From: an uncultured Methanosarcinaceae archaeon
GTDB taxonomy: Archaea; Halobacteriota; Methanosarcinia; Methanosarcinales; Methanosarcinaceae
Assembly: GCA_963721455.1 (NCBI GenBank)
Contig: CAVRJG010000045.1
Location: 1-64,000, forward strand
Direction of reading: 5' to 3'
DNA: 64,000 nt
Positions 55,438-64,000 of this stretch are shown in pieces. Position numbers and translations under genes: made by a program. A model generated the notes under the pieces. It did no database searches. It saw only the letters and a program-made list of their open reading frames with translations, and was not told where the DNA came from. Each line of letters starts with the position of its first letter. Positions within the stretch are counted from its first letter, which is position 1.

Positions 55438-55788
55438 TAATATCAGACTCCCTAATGGTCTGTTCCATAGTCTATGAAGACGTTTTCATAAATGTTTTTA
55501 TCGTAGAAATATTTAGTCGGCTTCCACAGAAGAGAACTTAGTTTTCCCAAAAGGTGTGCTTAGAGGTAAAAGTAGAATCGGAAATTTTTTTATATTTGTT
55601 TTCTACAGCCCTTTCCTACGGAACTCAAAGAAAGTTTTTATATTGTCAACCTCCTATTACATAATAGGGTTTACATAACGGAGTTGCTTCAAGCTGTTTT
55701 AATCTATTGTATTTCCTTTTCGTCCCTGAATACATTCTCGAATTTTGATGGATAATATGCGAGTCCGAGAAACGAAAAAATAAATCAA

Positions 55789-56103
55789 ATGATCAATGCC
55801 GCAACAAACAAGCGCGATAAAGCAATAATTGCGTTACTCTGGGACATCGGTGCTAGAATAGGGGAGATTGGTAGTTTGCGCGTAAAACACGTTAAATTCG
55901 ATGATCTTGGTGGTATAATCATCGTAAATGGTAAAACTGGTCCTAGACGAGTTAGAGCTGTCTGGAGTGTAGATTATCTTAAAGACTAGCTTGAAGAACA
56001 TCCTGGTAATAATGATCCTGAAGCCCCCATGTGGTTTAATTTTGCCAAAAAGGTAGAGGAGTTAGAGTCGATGCAATACGATGCGATTCGAATTTCAAAG
56101 TAA
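55789..56103 (+). pseudogene. Second tyrosine integrase fragment (central part)
   Basis: RDKAIIALLWDIGARIGEIG...GKTGPRRVRAVWSVDYLKD*LEEHP..NDPEAPMWFN; TAG where W (TGG) is expected; both ends missing. Confidence 0.85.
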
Positions 56104-56891
56104 TACTGAGTTATAATACATTATTATAATATTTGGAATACTCATTTACATAGCGAATTTTTTGTTAGGCTTTACGAAAAAAGTGTCTCTTGTTTTGTAT
56201 AAATCCTACATTCGGCAGGTCGACATTCGATATTGGAACTTTTTACTTATGGCGTTTTTCAAACATTATGCAAATATATTGGGTTTGTAACTGGTTAACG
56301 TATAACCCAAATCTCACGACATATGAACAATGAACCATTTTTGCAATAACATTTGGTATCAGATAATATGTGTTTTCCAGCAAAAACGCTAGCAGTAAAA
56401 ATATTGCGAAAAATACAAGTTACCTGCCGAAAGTAGGATAAATCAGAAACTCAATTGATTATTCGAAATACGGAATTCTGAGAAACAATATTGAGTTTTG
56501 GGATCAGCTCATTATAAACGTGAAACTTTAAAGTTACACTTTAGATACATAAGGGCTTAATGTTACTGGTTTTCAGTTCAAGTACGTAAGTTCTACTTAA
56601 AAAGGGGTATAATGGACTTGAAATTTTTTACGTCAAACAATTTTTTGCTTGAATACAATTTTTGATATAATTTATTTAATATAATTTATGATATTACTAT
56701 GTGCTGGAGTTGGGGTATCATCAAAAAGAATTTCCCAGAGGTTGCTGATTCTTCTTCGAATGAATCTGCTTGGGGGAGCATAAATTCGGAGAAACTGTAT
56801 TGGGGAATACAGTAACAGCACCTCTGGGCTTCTTCTTGCATTACTGAAGATTCTTTATCAAATATAAAATGGAAATTCAAGGGGTTTATTT

Positions 56892-57032
56892 ATGAAACAT
56901 CTAAAAACATGTCCAAAATGCCACGCTAACCTGAAATTGCACTCAGGCGGCGAAACCCAGTATTGTAGTATTTGCAGTTACTGGACAAAAGTAGGTACTG
57001 CAAGACTCGATTCAATAATGATTTACGGATGA
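56892..57032 (+). CDS. 46-aa zinc-ribbon microprotein
   Basis: MKHLKTCPKCHANLKLHSGGETQYCSICSYWTKVGTARLDSIMIYG*; AGGGG upstream; below the ORF-track cut-off. Confidence 0.6.
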   Translation: MKHLKTCPKCHANLKLHSGGETQYCSICSYWTKVGTARLDSIMIYG

Positions 57033-57301
57033 TCTGCATGATGAACGCTGGGCTTTTAATATCTGGGATCTTAAAAATTTATATTTGTTTTTTCTAGTGA
57101 CTGAAATTAATCAAGAAAACATAAAACGAGGGATAAAATGGAACACGAGATCGAAGAAGTCGAGAGAGATTACATCGAATTTAGAAAAGAAATGGGAGAG
57201 GAATAAACACAGAAAGAGTAAACTAACCTCTCAGTAGTCCATAAACGCATCCGACAACCTTCAAAATCTCCAACGGTCTCCAAAGAGTTAAACAAATGCT
57301 G

Positions 57302-57410
57302 GAGCTCATCCCAAAATAAAAGTTCCAGAACTAGATTCAATGACACAAAACTCGATTGATTGTTCAAATCCGAGATTCAGGGAACCAATTTTAAGTTTGA
57401 GGATGAGCTC
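57302..57410. mobile_element. 109-bp MITE-like element
   Basis: Terminal inverted repeats GAGCTCATCC...GGATGAGCTC, no coding capacity. Confidence 0.55.
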
Positions 57411-57718
57411 AAGTAGAAATCTATGTGCTTAGAACTATATTGGCAGGGAACATGTTTCTAAGTACAACCTGACTACATACTAACTTAAGTTTTCACCAGG
57501 TATTCTATTAGAGAATATCATTGATTTCATGAAAAAATATATAATAGTGAAGTTATAATATTGAATTCAGGATAGCTCTATTTTATAGGGCATAAACACT
57601 CTCCACTTTTATTATATTGTATATTCCTATTACATTTATAAATTATTTAAAAATGTGCCCCGTTTTTCTAAAAATTTGGTCAACGTTATTGAGGCTATCG
57701 ATGTTATTGAGCTATATT

Positions 57719-58735
57719 TGTTTTATCCTGAAATAATTTCGCTTTGAAACTTTTTTCCTTTTGTCCATATTTTCACAGCCCAAACAATCTCGTTCCTATT
57801 CTGAATTTTGCCTCAATTGGAAGTCTATTCCAGAATGCATCTTGTGGTGACTCTAATTGTTCAAGTTTCAAAGCTCCGTGAGGTCTCTGTTGTACCATTG
57901 GACGAATTCCTCGAACGATTCAAACTCTCCTCTAAACCTCTGATATGTATCGAACCATTTCTCTATTTTTCCGTTTGTCTGAGGATGTCTGACCCTTGCG
58001 AGTATTGGTTTAATTCCAAGTTCTCTAATTCTCGTTTTAAATTCACTACTCCATGAACCATCCTCATTAATCCTGTGAGCTCCGAATTCACTTCCATGAT
58101 CCATGATGAGCTCCCTTAAAGGACATATATCCCAGTACTCTCTGACAAGTTCATCAATCACTTTAATGGTGTTATCCGTATTACAATGAACGTACTCCCC
58201 TCCTGCAATAATCATTCTTGACGAATCGTCAAGAATGGCACAGACTTGCAGACCTAATAAAGGGTTTTCATGCCAATCAATGTGTGCAGCAGACATGCTG
58301 TGTTCACGTTCGTATCTACACCATTTTCTTCTCTGTTTCTTTTTCCGGTTTTCACTGGCAAGGTTCATACCGAGTAGATAGTTATGGATTCTGTTATGAG
58401 ATATCTTACGATGATATTTGCCTTCGATGAGAATCTCAAGGTAACAGGCTCCAAAATTATACTCGGAGTAAGTTTGGTCAATTAACTCCTTATCGTCGGA
58501 TGATAACGGTTTACGTGGCCTTCCAAGGTTATTACCAACGTGAGGAAGCTGATCAGTTTCAACGTATTCTTTATAAATTTGCTGAACTCGACGGGCTGAG
58601 ATCCCCTGGATCTCAGCTATCGTCGAGGTAGATTCCCCCTTCAACTTTTGAGCAATGATCCAACGTATCTTTTTCCCGTTAAGTTTCACAATAGATAAGG
58701 GATTACAACCAACATAGTTAGCGCGAAATAGCTAT
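57719..58735 (-). mobile_element. IS481-family element, one end eroded
   Basis: End TGTTTTATCCTGAAATAATTTCGC at 57719; only the inner GCGAAATA of the other end remains at ~58723. Confidence 0.75.
57773..58689 (-). pseudogene. IS481-family DDE transposase with a 1-bp deletion near 57888
   Basis: HTH; HIDW, LDDSSR, DHGSEF, HPQTNGKIEKW; tail RPHGALKLEQLESPQDAFWNRLP... is in another frame to TGA at 57773-57775. Confidence 0.85.
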
Positions 58736-59067
58736 ATTAGATTTTTATTTATAAAAAAAGGCGTTTTATTGATACATTTCAAAGTGGATCGATGAGCCAA
58801 TAAATTTACTAAGTTCCTCAGGTAACTAACTCTGCGCCAACATATGTGATCTGATTATACAAATGGGCATGTCTATGTAATAGATAGAATTTTTTGTTTT
58901 TTTTGAAAAATTAATTTATGAAAGCTATAGCCCAGAAGCCTATCATTCTTATATTGTCGTCAACCTTTCAGAAATGAAATATAGTATGGTCTCCTTCTTT
59001 ATCTCTTACTGTTACAGAAATATCGTCGTTATTAAGTCGCAAACTTGAGATTCTATCTTGATTCACG

Positions 59068-60335
59068 GGCAGTGTGCCTAATTTTCTGTAAAATTTACTC
59101 TCTACCCCTTCGTCTTCTTTTTTGATTACTGTTCCATTACTATATACTTGTTTCCTGTGATCCAGTCTTCATTTATATCAATTAGTATTGAGACTACAAG
59201 TCTCAATACTGAGTCCTGGTTAGGAAATGCTCCAACTACCTTGCTTCTTCTTTTGAGTTCCTTGTTAGTCCTTTCCATCATATTTGTTGTCCTTATTTTT
59301 TTCCAGTGTTTTTCTGGAAACTGCATATAGTTCATTACATCATACTGAAAACTTTCAAGGGTATCAGCTGCGCTTTTATACCCCATACTGTCCAGTTCCC
59401 TAATCAGGTGATTCAAGTTCTGACGGTCGACTAATGCTTCTTTTATCTTCTCAGCCACTTCTTTCTGCTTCTTTTTTGGCACCTTCTTGAGAACTTGTCT
59501 TGTCAGATGTACATGACACATCTGCCAACTTGATCCAATAAAGGATTCTCTGACTGCTTTCTGTATTCCTTTATGACCATCAGAAACGATTAACTTGACA
59601 CCTCTTAACCCTCTTTCTTTCAGATCCTCGAATAGATCTTCCCAGAACATAGAAGCTTCACTGTCTGCCAATCTTGTTCCAAGTATCTCTCGGTAACCGT
59701 CATCCCTGATTCCAGCAACTACGAAGAGAGCTTTGTTTTCATAATGAAGCCCATCTCTTACCTTGAAATAAGTCGCATCAATAAACAAGTAAGGAATTTC
59801 ATGTTCTATTCGTTTTGAGAGGAATTCTTCAACCTTCTCATCCAGTTCTTTAGTAATCCTGGAAACAGAAGAGGCTGAGATTTCACCTACTCCTAAAGCG
59901 ATCATGATCTTTTCCACCCTACGGGTGGAAACACCCTGAAGGTAAGATTCCGCTATAGCGGTTAAGATGGCCTTTTCAACTCTCGAATATTTCTCAAAAA
60001 CCTGGGTTTCAAAGGGAAACTCACGGAATTGAGGCTTTGACAATTCAAGTTTTCCATGCTTGGTCAGAAGAGTTCGGGGTTTGTAGCCATTTCTACTGGC
60101 TTTACGTGAATCAATCCGCTCATAACGTTGTGCGCCAGCTTGGAGGAGGGCTTCCTCCTCCATTATAAGGTTTAAAAACCAGGTAATTAGCTGGCGAATT
60201 CCATCTTCCTGATCGACAAGATAATCTTTTATAAGTGAGAATAAATTAACCATTGACTCTGCATCCTGTTTTTTTGTGGTGAAAAGAAAAGGATACAGAG
60301 TCAATCATATTTTACAGAACTTTCGGTACACTGCC
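59068..60335 (-). mobile_element. IS256-family insertion sequence, 1268 bp
   Basis: TIRs GGCAGTGTGCCTAATTTTCTGTAAAAT / GGCAGTGTACCGAAAGTTCTGTAAAAT; 9-bp TSD TGATTCACG at 59059-59067 and 60336-60344. Confidence 0.95.
59126..60253 (-). CDS. IS256-family transposase
   Basis: RNGYKPR, YLQGVSTR, YLFIDATY.KVR, SDGHKG, QMCHVH, RTTNMMERTNKELKRR; ATG at 60253 preferred. Confidence 0.95.
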   Translation of the reverse strand: MVNLFSLIKDYLVDQEDGIRQLITWFLNLIMEEEALLQAGAQRYERIDSRKASRNGYKPRTLLTKHGKLELSKPQFREFPFETQVFEKYSRVEKAILTAIAESYLQGVSTRRVEKIMIALGVGEISASSVSRITKELDEKVEEFLSKRIEHEIPYLFIDATYFKVRDGLHYENKALFVVAGIRDDGYREILGTRLADSEASMFWEDLFEDLKERGLRGVKLIVSDGHKGIQKAVRESFIGSSWQMCHVHLTRQVLKKVPKKKQKEVAEKIKEALVDRQNLNHLIRELDSMGYKSAADTLESFQYDVMNYMQFPEKHWKKIRTTNMMERTNKELKRRSKVVGAFPNQDSVLRLVVSILIDINEDWITGNKYIVMEQ

Positions 60336-60581
60336 TGATTCACGTTCCCCTCACTTTTCAAGTCATGTACTTTTTTCGCTTTTAAACGAGTGCTTCGATT
60401 CCAAAATAGATTCATTATTTACTGAATTCGTAGTCGATGAATAGATTCCAAAGCCAAGTTTTGTGAACCTACTTCGGAATCGCAGTATTAGTAACAGGTT
60501 AAGGTTTATGAAAAGTTATAAAGAATGTTAGAGTGTATTAAGTATTAACATTCTTTGAATTTTGGGGGGCAAAGAGAATAG

Positions 60582-63363
60582 ATGGAAAATAAACAAAAGT
60601 TGTATTCAATAGCTTTAGCTTCAGCAACCTTAGTTTTGGTGTTTTTAATTTTAATTTCATCCGTAGCGTCAGCGGCACAGGTGACGAGAATTGGCAGTGG
60701 CTCTGATCCTGCTATTTATGGTAGCAAAGTGGTATGGACAAATGGTGGTGTTATGCATGTTTATGATTTGACCGCCAAAACAGATACTACAGTTAGCTCT
60801 TCTGCAGCATCTTATCCAGCTATTTACGGCAATAAATTAGTGTGGCATGATGAGAGCAGTGGAGTGCCAAAACTCACGGTTTATGATATACCTTCGGGTG
60901 CTCGTTCTTATATTACAAAAGATATAGACAGCAACAGTATTCCCGCTATTTACGGCAATAGAATAGTATGGAGTGCAAATTCCAACATTTATATGCGTGA
61001 TATATCTACCTCAACACAAGCTTGGATAGCATCTGGTGGGGAACCAGACATACACGATACCAAAATAGTATATTCTTATGATGATGGTGATATGCCACGT
61101 ATCTATGTGTATGATGTTATCACCAAGGAAACTATAACAGCAAGCCCACATTCTGGCCATCTGTCTCAACCACACATTTATGGTAATAAAGTTATATGGT
61201 CGGATTTCTACACCAGAATGGGATACATCTCCATGTATGATATTGCCACTAGCAAGACTATAGATGTCACTAGTGACAATACTTATAGTGGTGATCCTAA
61301 TAATCCAGACGCAGGCGATGATACCGGCACTCACACTGATATAAATGGAGACAAGGTCGTGTACGCAAAATCTGGTACTGATCAGTTTGGTAGTGCTGGA
61401 GTTTATGTATACAGCATTTCTACAGGACAAAGCACTCAAGTAGCTAACTACGAAAATGGTGTACTTACAACACCAGATGTATATGGTAGTACTATTGTAT
61501 GGGGAATAGGAGGTGACTCTGGTGGGGTTAATGATAACGGCATCTATATGAGTGATCTTTCTGCCATAAACACCTTGCCACCATTAGTTGCGTTTACTGC
61601 TAATGTAACTTCTGGAGCTGCACCTTTAGTTGTGCGATTTACTGATACCAGCACTGGAGGAGTACCTACTGCATGGCTCTGGGATTTTGGGGACGGGATT
61701 GACTCAAAACATGCAACGAATGCAACGCACACATTTACAAAACCCGGCACATACAACGTTACTCTAACGGTAACCAATGCCACTGGCAACAATTCTGTAA
61801 CCAAACCAGGTTATATCACTGTGACATCAGTCACTCCGGTTGTAAAACCTGTTGCAGATTTCTATTCTCCAGAAGTGGAACAGGCTCGCTCAACCGGTGA
61901 AGGTGTTAGTTCATCAACGGCCATATCGTTTATCGATAATAGCACAGGATCACCAACATCATGGCTTTGGGACTTTGGAGACGGTAGCACATCAACAATC
62001 CAGAATCCAACCCATACATATGCAGGTGACGGTGGATATATTGTTAATTTAACTGCAACAAACGTCGTTGGTAGCGATACAATAAGCAAATATGGTTATG
62101 TACTTGCTGGAATAAGCGGTCCTGCTTCTGCTACAAGTTTCTCATCAAATGTGACATCTGGAAATGCACCACTTACTGTATTATTTCATGATGACGGTGA
62201 GGAAGATATAATCTCAAGATTATGGAGTTTTGGCGATAATACTAGCCTATACAACCAAGTTGAAGGTAACGAAGAAAACGCAACATTATATGCAACTCAT
62301 ACATATGAAAAACCTGGAAAATATACTGTTATGCTCAAAGTATCTGGTCGCGCTGATAGGGGTATTATAACCAAATACAATTATATTGAGGTTACCGATA
62401 ATCTAGCACCTGTCGCAGAATTCACATTAAACGTAACATCTGGCGCTGCACCATTGAGTGTGTTGTTTAATGACACAAGCGTGGGATCACCAACATCATG
62501 GAAATGGAATTTCGGAGATGGAATCGAATCTTCAACCAGAAACGCCACTCATACTTTCACTAAACCAGGAACCTATACTGTTAGCCTGACTGTAAGTAAT
62601 GCGAACGGTACTGCCTCAAAAACTAGTACAATAACTGTCACACAAGAAAGCAGTTCCAGTAGCGTCTCCAGTGGTGGCGGCGGAGGCGGATCTCCTGAGA
62701 CTGCAAAAAATGTTGAGGTAAAGGAACTTTCGCAGACATTTATCTCAAACGGAAAACCTGTAAAGTTTGATTTCGCAAAGAATGCCACCTGCGTTGTTTA
62801 TGTGACTTTTGATGCAAAGAAGACTGCCGGCAAGACTACCGCCATTGCCGAGCAGCTCAAAGGAAAATCAACTCTTGTTTCAGAGCTGAATGCGGGTGAG
62901 GTATACAAATACTTCAACGTATGGGTTGGAACCGGGGGATTTGCAACCTCAAAGAACATTGAAAACCCAGTGGTATGTTTCAAGGTTGAAAAATCCTGGA
63001 TAAAAGATAAAAAGATCGACCAGGCTTCTATCACCCTTAACAGATACAGCGAGAAAAAATGGTCAGCAACTGCCAGTAACCCTGTTAAGAGAAGACAATA
63101 AGTACCTGTATTTCACAGCACAAACGCCCGAATTCTCGTTCTTTGCAATAACAGGGAAACCAGGAGAAAATGAATCCGGGAATGCGGAAAAACCTGAAAC
63201 CAGCACTCAGGATATCAAACAGAATAACACGTCACTCGACATTCAACAGGAACAAAAACCTGGACAGGAACCCGAACAGGAAAAACTAACAAGCATACCA
63301 GGATTTGGAACGCTTTGCGGGGTAGCTTGCCTTATTACGGCATTCCTGCATAAAAGAAAGTAA
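60582..63363 (+). pseudogene. Cell-surface protein (beta-propeller repeats, 4 PKD, PGF-pre-PGF, PGF-CTERM) with a +1 frameshift near 63063
   Basis: Signal peptide; PAIYGNK.VW repeats; W.W.FGD PKD motifs; GGGGGGSPE..KNVEVKE. Frame stops at 63101 but QLPVTLLREDNKYLYFTAQTPEFS...IPGFG-TM-HKRK* continues in another frame to 63363. Confidence 0.82.
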
Positions 63364-63424
63364 AAAAGGCAAAATCCAAAATTCGATGTGAAAACGAGGG
63401 GTTAATCCTCTCACATATTTTTGA

Positions 63425-63498
63425 TTTTTTTGTTTAATGCCCTCTTTTAGTGGAGTGGCAAAGAATGGACAACGATTTTTATAATTTGAACCTTAATA
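63425..63498 (+). repeat. Direct repeat copy 2 (integrase leader and first ~11 codons)
   Basis: TTTTTTGTTTAATGCCCTCTTTTAGTGGAGTGGCAAAGAATGGACAACGATTTTTATAATTTGAACCTTAATA. Confidence 0.9.
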
Positions 63499-63739
63499 TC
63501 TGATTTTTGGATTCCTTTTAAGCTCACTTGAAATTCTCAAAATCTCCTTCTATGTTTTTGAGCGTGGTCCTTGGTAGTTCTACGTAAAATTAGCTTCGAT
63601 CTTACCCTCTCCATCGACAAATTCCATCAAATTAGAGGAATTATATAAAGATGAGATTTAAGAAAAGGTTTAAGCTTAAAGGAAATCTTTGATTATATAC
63701 ATTAAACTTTATTAATATAAGACAAAGGATGATAGATAA

Positions 63740-64000
63740 ATGGAAAATGAGGAAAATTTCAATTCATTACCCCTGGCGTCAATATCCCTAGTTTTATTTT
63801 TAACTCTCGCTTTATTTACGGCATCAGCAGCTCCTGCAGCAGCTGAAAATCTCACGGTTCACTTTATAGATGTGGGACAAGGTGACTCAATTCTCCTGCA
63901 ATATGGGGACAAGGATATGCTTATTGATGCTGGAGAGAGAAGTACAGGTGATGATGTAGCTAAATACATAACGAGCGAAGGGATCACATCGCTTGATTAC
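63740..64000 (+). CDS. Secreted ComEC/Rec2-type MBL-fold metallo-hydrolase (5' part, runs off the window)
   Basis: Signal peptide, then LTVHFIDVGQGDSILL...MLIDAG. Confidence 0.85.
   Translation, partial: MENEENFNSLPLASISLVLFLTLALFTASAAPAAAENLTVHFIDVGQGDSILLQYGDKDMLIDAGERSTGDDVAKYITSEGITSLDY

Noticed and set aside
63499-63630. Minus-strand reading frame with two amber codons next to the integrase repeat
   Set aside because: Short, no recognisable family; better explained as decayed sequence than as a pyrrolysine protein

Overview
Archaeal chromosome segment, most likely Methanosarcina (inferred from gene content, MEDS/PAS histidine kinase, PGF-CTERM surface proteins and gene order). Positions 1-53,400 are mostly housekeeping: hisF, pcm (frameshifted), RbkR-type riboflavin kinase/ribB, aroC, a large PAS/GAF histidine kinase, the alternative heme cluster (ahbD-ahbA-ahbB-sirC-hemA-hemB-hemL-hemC), pyrD/pyrK, gltX, RPA, serA, a ribosomal/RNAP operon with tRNA-Pro, the mevalonate/isoprenoid genes, RNase J, ppdK, Gar1, TFB and Trm5. 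Two accessory zones stand out. (1) At about 32,860-36,130 a pyruvate/indolepyruvate decarboxylase gene sits with a group II intron 3' remnant (domains V-VI) and REP-like hairpins, between two diverged copies of the 3' end of a decayed type IIG/DISARM-like methyltransferase gene. (2) From tRNA-Thr(CGT) at 53,400 to the window end is an AT-rich island with broken tyrosine integrases, a ~73-bp direct repeat of the integrase 5' end about 10 kb apart, small cargo genes separated by short inverted-repeat-bounded mini-elements, IS481 and IS256 elements, a frameshifted surface protein and the start of a ComEC-like hydrolase. No CRISPR array or rRNA was seen. All product calls come from reading motifs, not from database searches.
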